The translations under genes were made by a program, and so were the position numbers. DNA of 64,000 nucleotides from an uncultured delta proteobacterium (lineage in GTDB: Bacteria > Desulfobacterota > Syntrophobacteria > BM002): the NCBI GenBank assembly GCA_963712115.1, contig CAVQGX010000020.1, positions 96,001 through 160,000 of the forward strand, read 5' to 3'. Below the pieces are notes generated by a model, which did not search any database, was not told the origin of the DNA, and saw nothing but the letters and a program-made list of their open reading frames with translations. Within the stretch, counting starts at the first letter, position 1; every line of letters begins with the position of its first letter. Below, piece by piece: positions 50,614 to 59,778 of this stretch.

Positions 50614-51524
50614 AAGTTCTGGTTACCGGCGCTCATGGCCAGGTGGGATGGGAACTATCAAGGCGCGGTGCAGGAAAGGGTTCTGACATCCTGGCCTTAG
50701 ACCGTGCAACCCTCGATATTACGGATCAGAGTGCGGTTAAGCGGACGGTAGGGAGATCCGGCGTTGCCCTGGTAGTCAATGGGGCAGCATACACAGCCGT
50801 TGATCAAGCGGAATCCGAATCGGAACTGGCCTTTGCCGCCAACCGCGACGGTCCGGCCAATCTGGCCTCTGCCTGTGCTGAGGCCGGAATTCCCCTGATC
50901 CATATCTCCACAGACTTTGTCTTTGACGGTGAGAAGAAAGGGCCCTACCTCGAGACGGATCAGGTCTCACCTCTTAGTGTTTACGGAAAAAGTAAAGCTG
51001 CAGGAGAGGTGGCGGTGAGGGAACGTCTGCGGGAGCACATCATCCTTCGTACTTCCTGGGTTTATGGTGTGCACGGCCGCAACTTTGTCAAGACCATGCT
51101 GAGATTGGGCCGTGAAAAAGATGTTATCCAAGTGGTTGCGGATCAGTATGGCTGTCCGACCTATGCAGCAGATCTTGCGGATACAATACTGAAAATCGCT
51201 GCCCAAATTCAGGATAACAGGCAGATTACCTGGGGGACCTATCATTATTGCGGCAAGGGGGTGACGAGTTGGCATGGCTTAGGGGAAGAGACTTTGTCTC
51301 TGGCAAAAAAATATATCTCACTCAGGGTAAAAACAATAGAGGCTATAAGGACAGCTGAATATCCGACACCGGCAAAGAGGCCCTTTAATTCAGCCCTGGA
51401 TTGCTCCTTAGTTGAAAAGACCTTTAGCATCCATCCCAAGCCGTGGCGAGAAAGTCTTGCCCAAATGATCAAAATGATGTTTTCAGTCGAAAAATCGAAT
51501 AACTCGCAGAAGGTCATGACTTAG
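50610..51524 (+). CDS. rfbD: dTDP-4-dehydrorhamnose reductase
   Basis: TGAHGQVG, AAYTAVD.AE, STDFVFDG, YGKSK, RTSWVY. Confidence 0.95.
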   Translation: MKVLVTGAHGQVGWELSRRGAGKGSDILALDRATLDITDQSAVKRTVGRSGVALVVNGAAYTAVDQAESESELAFAANRDGPANLASACAEAGIPLIHISTDFVFDGEKKGPYLETDQVSPLSVYGKSKAAGEVAVRERLREHIILRTSWVYGVHGRNFVKTMLRLGREKDVIQVVADQYGCPTYAADLADTILKIAAQIQDNRQITWGTYHYCGKGVTSWHGLGEETLSLAKKYISLRVKTIEAIRTAEYPTPAKRPFNSALDCSLVEKTFSIHPKPWRESLAQMIKMMFSVEKSNNSQKVMT

Positions 51525-51649
51525 ACGGCACTGTAAAAAGCTCCAGATGCAAGGCGCACAAATCTTTAGGAATGAGGCGTACTTGCAGTACGCTGCAATG
51601 ACTAAAGATGAAGTGCAACGCCGCAGATGGACTTTTTACTAAGCCGTTA
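51522..51649. repeat. Hairpin-forming MITE/REP-like element spanning stop codon to stop codon
   Basis: Ends acggc..gtaaaaag / ctttttac..gccgt; core gaggcgtacttgcagtacgctgca resembles 2365-2390. Confidence 0.7.
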
Positions 51650-52333
51650 GTCGAAAAATCGAAACCATAAAATAGCAAAAACGGCCTTTACCCCGTCTTT
51701 CCAACCAATCTTCTTGCCTTCTGCGTAAGTCCTGCCACTGTAGCTTATGGGAGTCTCATAGATGCGAAAACCCTTCTTGGCTATTTTTGCGGTAAACTCG
51801 GGTTCGAAGCCGAAACGTTTTGATCTCAGCTTGATTTCAGCGAGCACCTCGCTTTTGAAGACCTTGTAGCAGGTTTCCATGTCGGTGAGATTCAGGTTGG
51901 TCAGCATGTTGGAAAGCAAGGTCACGAACTTGTTGCCCAGATAGTGCCAAAAGAAAAGGACCCGGTGAGGACCACCAAGAAACCTCGAGCCGTATACCAC
52001 ATCGGCTCTGCCGTCGACGATGGGCCCCAGAAGGAGAGGATACTCTCTGGGATCATACTCGAGATCTGCATCCTGAATAATCACTATATCACCGGTTATA
52101 GCTTGAAAGCCTGTTCTCAGGGCGGCACCCTTGCCTTGATTGTGGTCATGGTAGAGTACCTTTACATTTTCATTAGCTTGGTTAATCTCTCGCAGGTGCT
52201 CCCGTGTGCCATCCGTGGAATAGTCATCCACTATAATAATCTCTTTCTCTAATTCAACTTCTTGGACGCGGGCGACAATTTCCTTGATTGTCTGAACTTC
52301 ATTGTAAACAGGCATTACCACTGAGATCTTCAT
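51647..52333 (-). CDS. DPM1-like GT2
   Basis: [45 protein letters not shown]. Confidence 0.88.
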   Translation of the reverse strand: MKISVVMPVYNEVQTIKEIVARVQEVELEKEIIIVDDYSTDGTREHLREINQANENVKVLYHDHNQGKGAALRTGFQAITGDIVIIQDADLEYDPREYPLLLGPIVDGRADVVYGSRFLGGPHRVLFFWHYLGNKFVTLLSNMLTNLNLTDMETCYKVFKSEVLAEIKLRSKRFGFEPEFTAKIAKKGFRIYETPISYSGRTYAEGKKIGWKDGVKAVFAILWFRFFD

Positions 52334-52392
52334 CTTAGTTAACTCGCTGTAGATACAGTAAAAAATGTTCATGCAGAGCAAAGGCTGATTGT

Positions 52393-53109
52393 TTACTCCG
52401 CAGCAAAATCCTGATAGAGGCTGTGCTTTTGGATATACACAGCCACTTCCGTAGGAACCAGCTCTCCAATTGACCGGCCTTCGCTCATACGTTGGCGTAC
52501 CTCGGTTGAAGAGACTTTGTCAAGATTTTCTTCCATCTCCAGAGGGTGAATGCGGTTGAGGTATTTCTGTACCAGAGGATTTTCCGGCAACTGCAACTTT
52601 CCCTTCCGCTCGAAGACCAACAATTGAAGAACGGCAAACATCTCGGCCAAGGCTGCAGCAGGATCATCATAGCGCCAGGTGAGAATCCGCTCAGCTGCAT
52701 CTCGTCCAGTGATGAAAAAGATTTCCGGCTTCTGGGGATATATCTGTTGCAAGGCAAGACAAATATCAAGGAAAAGGCCATGGGAGCAAACTCCCAGGGA
52801 GATATAGGGAATACCGCTGATGCCAAGCCGCATCATTTCCAAACGTTGTTCAACCGAGACCCCGACCAAAGGTTTGTTGGGCAGGATTTTGGGCAGCACA
52901 AAGATTATTTCGTCCAGTTTACACTGCTCCCTTGAGTAACGGGCCAATAGCAGATGGGCCCGAGTTATAGGGTTGTAAGCACCCCCAAGAACCCCCAAAC
53001 GTCCATTGCTTGGTGGTGGGCCTGCTTGTGCGGGAACAAAGACTTCAAACCTCGGGACATCTGGATTTACTGGCCCGGGATTATGCAACATGGAAGAAGG
53101 ACTCATCAA
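52393..53109 (-). CDS. nadD: Nicotinate-nucleotide adenylyltransferase
   Basis: GG.YNPIT.AH, R.EM, FITG.D, VSSTEVR. Confidence 0.75.
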   Translation of the reverse strand: MMSPSSMLHNPGPVNPDVPRFEVFVPAQAGPPPSNGRLGVLGGAYNPITRAHLLLARYSREQCKLDEIIFVLPKILPNKPLVGVSVEQRLEMMRLGISGIPYISLGVCSHGLFLDICLALQQIYPQKPEIFFITGRDAAERILTWRYDDPAAALAEMFAVLQLLVFERKGKLQLPENPLVQKYLNRIHPLEMEENLDKVSSTEVRQRMSEGRSIGELVPTEVAVYIQKHSLYQDFAAE

Positions 53110-54358
53110 TCATCGCCCTCCGCAGCCTATCCAAAGCAGTATAAGCAGCTGCGAGCTTTATTTTCTGCCGATCACCTCCAAACTGTAACCTCTCGCTGTG
53201 CAACATTTTTTCACACAGGAGAGCCAGGAAGACTGTTCCCACGGGCTTTTCCTTGGTGTCGCCAGTGGGGCCTGCAATGCCGGTTATGGACAAAGCAATA
53301 TCTGCCTTACTTTCTCTTTGCACCCCTTGGGCCATTGCCTCTGCAACCTCCAAACTGACCACCCCATAACGAGAGATCAGATCAGGAGATACAAAGAGAT
53401 TGCTGACCTTGGCGGCTTCACTGTAAGCTACCACACTGCGATCAAAATAAGCGGAACTTCCAGGTACGTTGGTGAGCAGGTGTCCAATTAGACCGCCGGT
53501 ACATGACTCAGCAAGCGCCAGAGAGTACCCCCTTTCAATGAGCAGATGTCCCACCACCATTTCCAGGGTATTTTCTCCCTCGCCGTATACGTAAAGACCA
53601 AGTATATTGCGCACGGCTTGCACGGCTTCCGCCAGGGTGTAATTGACAGCACTCAGAGTGGAATCTTGGACAGTGAGAGTTAAGAGGTTTTCCGGAAAGC
53701 GAGGAAAGTAGCCAAAACTAACAGTGGGATGTTCCTTTTCCAGGACCTCCAACCGCTGAGCTATTTCAGATTCCCTGAGTCCAATAAGGCGCAATGCGTG
53801 TGAGCGAATTACTATTTCTTGGGGAAATCGGTTCTTGAGGGTTGGCAGAACAAAATCTGCAAGCATATCGGCCATTTCGTCTGGTACACCGGGAAGGAAG
53901 AAAAGAGGTTTTTCAGTATCTCCCAGGTAGTAGCCAGCTCTGGGTCGGACTAGGTCGATGCGCTCTGCTCCCTCAGGAAGGTCGGCCATTTTAGCAATGG
54001 CAGGGGTCATGGATAGATTATGGAGTTCGAGATGAGTAGAAATAACCTGCCAAGACTTAGGATCCCGGCGCAAGGGCCGATTGAAAGCTCTGGCGACTGC
54101 AGGGTTGGTGCGATCGTCTGTGGTGGGGCCCAAGCCACCGGTGATCAGGACAAAATCAGCCCGCTCTATTGCCCGCAACAAAACCGCAGCAATGTCGTCT
54201 TCCCGGTCCCCCACCACTGTTACCCAGCGGAGATGGAAATTTGCCGACCTCAGATGTTGACCGATATGAGCGGCATTGTTGTTTACAGTTTGCCCTGAGA
54301 GCAACTCGTCGCCAACGGTAATCAATTCACCATAGATTATAGTTTTTTCATCAATCAT
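53081..54358 (-). CDS. cinA: CinA (MoCF domain plus NMN deamidase)
   Basis: GDELLSG, GGLGPT.DD, LPGVP, AESCTGG, TGIAGP. Confidence 0.93.
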   Translation of the reverse strand: MIDEKTIIYGELITVGDELLSGQTVNNNAAHIGQHLRSANFHLRWVTVVGDREDDIAAVLLRAIERADFVLITGGLGPTTDDRTNPAVARAFNRPLRRDPKSWQVISTHLELHNLSMTPAIAKMADLPEGAERIDLVRPRAGYYLGDTEKPLFFLPGVPDEMADMLADFVLPTLKNRFPQEIVIRSHALRLIGLRESEIAQRLEVLEKEHPTVSFGYFPRFPENLLTLTVQDSTLSAVNYTLAEAVQAVRNILGLYVYGEGENTLEMVVGHLLIERGYSLALAESCTGGLIGHLLTNVPGSSAYFDRSVVAYSEAAKVSNLFVSPDLISRYGVVSLEVAEAMAQGVQRESKADIALSITGIAGPTGDTKEKPVGTVFLALLCEKMLHSERLQFGGDRQKIKLAAAYTALDRLRRAMIDESFFHVA

Positions 54359-54382
54359 TATAATTAGTTAACCACAAAACTA

Positions 54383-54580
54383 GATGGAGTAATGGAGCGC
54401 TGGAGTAACCAAAAATTCCAAATAACAAATCCCAATCACTAAGGTGTCAGTGTGTCAGGTTAGAAGAAACACAAAGGGTAAAACCTGACACCTGACACCT
54501 AAAATTCTGAGATTTGGTGCTTGGAATTTGGTATTTTCCCCATGCCCTATGCTTTTGTAGCAACGGACGACGGACTAGTA
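54383..54580. repeat. Nested heptamer/octamer inverted repeats
   Basis: aaattccaa..ttggaattt arms enclose aggtgtcag..ctgacacct; tggagtaa units on the left. Confidence 0.7.
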
Positions 54581-54582
54581 CG

Positions 54583-55056
54583 TTACAGAAGCCCCGCAAC
54601 GATCAATAACAACCGCAAGATAGCATTGGTAAAGACTCCGGCAAGGACATCGTCAATGACCACCCCCCAGCCACCCCGCATCCGTTTTTCCACACTCGAG
54701 ATAGGTGGAGGTTTGACGATATCGAAGACGCGGAATAGAGCAAAACCCAAACAAAGAGTTAATGGGTTAAGAGGAAGCCATAAGAGGCTTATGAGGAAAC
54801 CGGCCATCTCATCTATGACAATGGGTCTTGGATCGCGATCCTCGAGAAGGATTTCGGCCCTCCCGGCAACCCAGGCGGCAAAGGCCACAAAGACAAGGGC
54901 TATAATCCCCTGGACAATTAAGTTTACCCGGTGGACGAGAATCACAATGGGTATAGCGGCAAAGGTCCCCCAGGTACCGGGCATTAAAGGAAGAAAGCCG
55001 GTGAAGCAACCCGTGGCCAGGAAGACCACAATGTCATTTTTTCTAGTAGTATTCAT
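54583..55056 (-). CDS. pgpA: Phosphatidylglycerophosphatase A
   Basis: PGTWGT, DP..IVIDE, FRVFDI.KP, G.GV..DD. Confidence 0.93.
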   Translation of the reverse strand: MNTTRKNDIVVFLATGCFTGFLPLMPGTWGTFAAIPIVILVHRVNLIVQGIIALVFVAFAAWVAGRAEILLEDRDPRPIVIDEMAGFLISLLWLPLNPLTLCLGFALFRVFDIVKPPPISSVEKRMRGGWGVVIDDVLAGVFTNAILRLLLIVAGLL

Positions 55057-55143
55057 ACGATAACGTCTTCCTCAATTCCGTAAAACTGCAGCCGACACGG
55101 AAAGACTCGCCCTCTAGTAGTCAATAGGCTGAAGACTAGCGAG

Positions 55144-55286
55144 ACTAGGCACTAGGCAGTAGGCACTAAGCACTATTGACAGGTCAAAATAAGAAGTGTC
55201 TCAATCATAGATATAATTCTTGGCTCACCAAAATAAAGAAGTCAGTCATCTCCAAATTTCTCAGTGCCTAGTGCTTAGTGCCTAGT
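55144..55286. repeat. Heptamer-unit inverted repeat (actaggc)n ... (gcctagt)n
   Basis: Arms at 55144-55174 and 55263-55286. Confidence 0.75.
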
Positions 55287-55305
55287 TGAAATGGCTGCTT
55301 ACTAA

Positions 55306-56499
55306 TTACTTCGTCGTATCGGCCTTGGAAAGTCGTTTTCTTGCCCTATACATGGCTTCTTCGTACACTTGCCTTAAGGGCACCTGGTGTTTCCTTGCTG
55401 CTAGCCGGCAGGCATCGTACTCGGGTGCAAAGACATAGTTGCCTTGTGGGTTTGCAGCAACTTTGACAGGGAGATTGCCGAAAGGAGTTTGGACACGAAT
55501 AGTGTGCCTCGGAAGACTGTAGCGCTCCACCTCCTGAATGCGGACACCGAGAGTCGTTGTTTCACTGAAAAGGATCTGGAGCACAGATTCTCGTAGTCCC
55601 TCTGGAATCAAGACTCGCAGCAATTGGCCGGGACGATTTTTTTTCATCTGTGCAGGCAAGACATTTACATCAAGCCCGCCCGCATTGAGGAGTTGTTCCA
55701 TTAGGTGCCCATATAGCTCAGGATTCATGTCATCAATGCTGGTTTCAACCATTAAGAGTTTTTCCTTCACTGCCCCTATAGTCGTCTGGCCCAAGACAAC
55801 ACGAAGAAGGTTAGGAGGATGATCTTCCGGATGTCGCCCCACCCCGTAGCCGACTTTTGCAATACTCATTGTAGGAAAGCCGCCATACTCGGAGCAAATC
55901 GTGGTGAGAATTGCTGCCCCGGTGGGAGTTACCATCTCCCGCTGCTGACCTGAATCGTAGACAGGTATATCCTCGAGGAGGGCAAGGGTGGCCGGGGCCG
56001 GAAGGGGCAGCATCCCGTGTTGGCATTGGACAAATCCCCGGCCCAGAGGTAGGGGAGAGGCCACAACCTTTTTTATATCCAGAAGGTGAAGCCCGATGCA
56101 AGCTCCAACCATATCCACAATGGAGTCCACGGCTCCTATTTCGTGGAAATGAACATGTTCGGGAGACTGTTGGTGAAGGTTGCCTTCGACTCGAGCTAGC
56201 CGTTCCAATATAGTCAGGCTCGTTTCCTTTACCTGACCAGGGAGTTTGCTATCTCCGATGATCTGTCGTATCTCGGCCATGGAGCGGTGGGGCTGTTTGT
56301 CCTCTTCAATTTGGATATTCAGCCTGGTTCCGCTAATCGCTCCCCGTTTTTCTCTGGACACTGCAATCTTATAGCCGGCAAGCTTCATTTTGGACAAGTG
56401 GCCGGTAAGTTTGTCCAGATCAAGACCCAGATCGATGAAAGCTCCCAGGATCATATCGCCGCTAATCCCGGAAAAACAGTCGAAGTACGCTATTCTCAT
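55306..56499 (-). CDS. larC: Nickel pincer cofactor biosynthesis protein
   Basis: YFDCFSGISGDM, VHFHEIGAVDSIVD, TPTGAA, MKKNRPG, ETTTLG.R. Confidence 0.93.
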   Translation of the reverse strand: MRIAYFDCFSGISGDMILGAFIDLGLDLDKLTGHLSKMKLAGYKIAVSREKRGAISGTRLNIQIEEDKQPHRSMAEIRQIIGDSKLPGQVKETSLTILERLARVEGNLHQQSPEHVHFHEIGAVDSIVDMVGACIGLHLLDIKKVVASPLPLGRGFVQCQHGMLPLPAPATLALLEDIPVYDSGQQREMVTPTGAAILTTICSEYGGFPTMSIAKVGYGVGRHPEDHPPNLLRVVLGQTTIGAVKEKLLMVETSIDDMNPELYGHLMEQLLNAGGLDVNVLPAQMKKNRPGQLLRVLIPEGLRESVLQILFSETTTLGVRIQEVERYSLPRHTIRVQTPFGNLPVKVAANPQGNYVFAPEYDACRLAARKHQVPLRQVYEEAMYRARKRLSKADTTK

Positions 56500-56543
56500 G
56501 GATTCAGACAACCCCGGAAATTGACATAAAAAACCTATTATTT

Positions 56544-56626
56544 AACTAAAGAGACCACGGAGGCCACAGAGATTTTTTGTCTTAAACATGAGTAGTCTCT
56601 CTGTGATCTCTGTGTTCTCCTTGGTT
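56544..56626. repeat. Nonamer-unit inverted repeat (cacagag / ctctgtg)
   Basis: ccacggaggccacagaga vs tctctgtgatctctgtg. Confidence 0.65.
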
Positions 56627-56643
56627 CATATACTGCCCCGGTA

Positions 56644-59328
56644 TTACTGGAAAGTGAAGTGGGAAATACGGAGGTAGCGGTCTATCATCCGGCTGTAATA
56701 AGAAATGGCTTCCTCGTTGTCTCCGGTCTCGTAGTTGACCAGCATCTTGCCGTTTTCGTGCTCTTCGGTTTTCCTGATGGCGCCCTTCTCACAAAAGAAC
56801 TTAATACCGTTTTCAAAGGTGATACGAGAGATACTCTCAATACGGTCAACAAGTTCCAGCTTGTAAAGCTTGTTGCCCAAACTATTGATTTTTTTCATGA
56901 AGTCCTTTTCTGTGAGAGTCTTGTTGGCCAGATACTTGGTGGCCCTGAGCACAATCCAGTAGGATTCAAAATAGCTTTTCAATAATCCGGCGAAACAGGA
57001 GAGCCCTACGAGACCCTGGTGAGTTATCCGGTAGGTATTATCTTGGGCATTAACCCTGGTTACGAACCCTTGTGATGTATAGTAGGAAAGCACCTTGTCA
57101 ATGGTCTCCGCCAGATTCTCGTCTGCATCATAGACAAACTCGAACTTAAAGAAATTCCTGAAAAAGAGTAGATCGTCTTCTATCCCTTCCAGATTGAATT
57201 CAAAGGCTTCTTTGGCCAGAATAGCAGAGGAAACGTAGGCGGCCGGCAAGAGGAAATGAATAATGTTGTTTTTATAGTACTCTAGGTGCAGCCGGTTGCT
57301 ATCGTCCACTGTGTAGATACGCTCCTCCTCGTCCGTCTCATCCTCGTCTGCCAGCAGTTCGAGCCACTTACTCTTCTCCATGAGACTCAAAGCATCTACA
57401 AGTGCCTTTTCTAGGTCGTTGAGCCTACTCGCCATACGCACCCCTCGATGCTGCAGGTAATTGAAGTAATTGCGGATGATGAGCTTGATCTCGGCCAAAG
57501 TGATTCCCCGCTTGGATGTAGTGAGAATGACGGCAGCAACGAGGGCGAAGGGGGTTATCATGGAGGCGCTATTGATATTGTGGATGATACGCCAGGCAAA
57601 GTCCCGATACATGGCGTGGCGTTCTTTGGGCTTCAGAGTCTGGAATTCAAGCTCGAATCGCTGCATATAAGACTTGAGCGATATGGGTTGGGAAAATTTT
57701 ACGTAAACAGTACCGTAACGTTTCTTTAAAACGCTGCGGGCGCGCACTAGTTGGGCCAGGCTTTCTTGTTTCTTTCTAATACCCTTGACCTCTTTCAGGT
57801 AGGCTCCTTCCTCCAATACTCTGTCGTAGTTGATTGCACAGGGTACGAAGATCAAGTCATCGCAGTAGCCTTCCTCCACTGCTTGCATGAGAATGGCCAG
57901 CAGCCCGAGTTTGGGCAGCACCATCTTGCCGGTCCTGCTACGTCCACCTTCTATGAAAAACTCGAGATTATGGCCCTCGCTTACCAAGGTTTTGATATAG
58001 GCAGCAAAAACGTCTGTGTAGAATTTTTGTCCCCGAAAGCTTCTCCGAATAAAAAAAGCTCCCGATTTGCGGAAAAAGGGTCCAAGGGGCCAGAAAGACA
58101 AATTTTTACCTGCGGCAACCAAAGGAAGATTAAGGTTGTGCTTGTAGAGCAAATAAGACAGAACTAAATAATCGATGTGGCTCTTGTGGCAGGGAATATA
58201 GACAAGCGGTGCTTTCTGTGCTGCATGCTTCACCATGTCCAAGGAATCCACATCTAAGTCAATGCCGTCATAAATGGTGTTCCAAATCCAAGTAAGTAAA
58301 CGCTCACTGATCTGAATGTAAGTCAGATGAGGGTCGGCGGCGATCTCGTCGAGATAGTTATCGGCCTCTTGGCGAACAATTTCAATGGTCCTACTATTAG
58401 TGCGAGCCCTTCTCTCCATGCGTTTCTGTAGGTCATTATTATGAAGGACCATCTCTTTTATTTCCCACCGGCTCTTCATTATCGGACCTGTTACCACCCG
58501 GCGGTGGCGGTCAATGCGATCGATCAGCTCCCTTCTGAGTAGGAAAGCGAGTCCAGTTTTGGAAGAGTTCAGGTTTGGCTGGTCTGCCAGCCAATCTTTC
58601 AAGTTGATGGGCTCGGCTATCTCCAAGATGTTATTTTTATAATTTCTAAGGAAAGACAAAAGCTTACGCAATCTTCCCGGTCTTTCCTTGTCACCGAAAA
58701 AGGCGTCCACAATCCCTTTGTGTTGTTTTTCAGGTGCCTTGCCGTGAAAGATCAAACTGGGCACCAAGATGATCGGCTTCTCCATGACCGTCTGAACATC
58801 GAGAAGCAGGTGCAAGGGATCCTGTTCGATGAGTCCGACCCGGCGGTAGTAGCCTGTCTTGCCCACAAGGAACAGAACTGAAGGTTCCTCGGCCAATATC
58901 AGTTCTCGGTAGTCGCCAGTTTGGTAGGGATTAGGAAGTCCTCCCTCCCTGAGATAGTGTTTCAGGAATGAACCTAACAGCCTTATGGCCTTGGAGAAGT
59001 GAAGCCAGAACAGCGGCCGCGTATCGAAGGCAAACACCGGTGGCCGCAGGTCGGCCTGGGAGAGGCGGGAGCTAAAAAACAAGAAATCCAGCTGACTGCG
59101 GTACTTGGACGCATATATTAGATAGCCTTGCTCCTCCATCTCCTTGAGCAACCGCTGCTGGCTCTCGAGAAATGTGGCTTTGCCAGTAAGTTTATGGAGC
59201 ACCCTGCCCAAAGGAGAGGAGAATTTTGGGTCTACTGTGAGGCACTGATCTATTTTTGCACCACTGTCGGGGTGCGCAGAGTCCGGTTCGGACTCTTGTT
59301 TTTTTTTGAAAAATCTAAAGAAGGCCAT
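56644..59328 (-). CDS. plsB: Glycerol-3-phosphate O-acyltransferase
   Basis: HKSHIDY, AAGKNL, GAFFIRR, FFIEGGRSRTG; 894 aa. Confidence 0.88.
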   Translation of the reverse strand: MAFFRFFKKKQESEPDSAHPDSGAKIDQCLTVDPKFSSPLGRVLHKLTGKATFLESQQRLLKEMEEQGYLIYASKYRSQLDFLFFSSRLSQADLRPPVFAFDTRPLFWLHFSKAIRLLGSFLKHYLREGGLPNPYQTGDYRELILAEEPSVLFLVGKTGYYRRVGLIEQDPLHLLLDVQTVMEKPIILVPSLIFHGKAPEKQHKGIVDAFFGDKERPGRLRKLLSFLRNYKNNILEIAEPINLKDWLADQPNLNSSKTGLAFLLRRELIDRIDRHRRVVTGPIMKSRWEIKEMVLHNNDLQKRMERRARTNSRTIEIVRQEADNYLDEIAADPHLTYIQISERLLTWIWNTIYDGIDLDVDSLDMVKHAAQKAPLVYIPCHKSHIDYLVLSYLLYKHNLNLPLVAAGKNLSFWPLGPFFRKSGAFFIRRSFRGQKFYTDVFAAYIKTLVSEGHNLEFFIEGGRSRTGKMVLPKLGLLAILMQAVEEGYCDDLIFVPCAINYDRVLEEGAYLKEVKGIRKKQESLAQLVRARSVLKKRYGTVYVKFSQPISLKSYMQRFELEFQTLKPKERHAMYRDFAWRIIHNINSASMITPFALVAAVILTTSKRGITLAEIKLIIRNYFNYLQHRGVRMASRLNDLEKALVDALSLMEKSKWLELLADEDETDEEERIYTVDDSNRLHLEYYKNNIIHFLLPAAYVSSAILAKEAFEFNLEGIEDDLLFFRNFFKFEFVYDADENLAETIDKVLSYYTSQGFVTRVNAQDNTYRITHQGLVGLSCFAGLLKSYFESYWIVLRATKYLANKTLTEKDFMKKINSLGNKLYKLELVDRIESISRITFENGIKFFCEKGAIRKTEEHENGKMLVNYETGDNEEAISYYSRMIDRYLRISHFTFQ

Positions 59329-59572
59329 ACTTCAATTTTTTCAACAGAGGTTAAACAAATAGTACATTTTAGTCGGCTAAACTTAGCAGATTTGCAGTCC
59401 AAAACCAACCGATTTTTTGGAGGACTAGAGGTAGACTAGCGTCAGCAAGAAAAAAGCTCTCTGAAGATGGAAATAAACAGGTCAGATTACAGGAAGAGGT
59501 GCACCTGCTGAATATCCAGGTTTACGAGAAAATATGGAATGCTTATGAGGTTGTAGCGGATCTTGCAGACAG

Positions 59573-59770
59573 CTAATCAGTCAATATGATAATAGCCTTG
59601 TTTGGACATTTTTTCGCCGCTTCCAAACACTTCTGTTCTAAGTCCTTGGGAATTTCTTTCCTGGTCACGTATGCCTTTTTACTCCCTTCATGAAAGCGGA
59701 AGACTTCGGGGCATATCTTTACACAGATGCCTGCAATGTCGCATCTATTTGGATCTACGGTTGCTCTCAT
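59573..59770 (-). CDS. Monocluster ferredoxin, probably [3Fe-4S]
   Basis: CxxAxxC...CP..AI. Confidence 0.8.
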   Translation of the reverse strand: MRATVDPNRCDIAGICVKICPEVFRFHEGSKKAYVTRKEIPKDLEQKCLEAAKKCPNKAIIILTD

Positions 59771-59778
59771 CAGACCTC

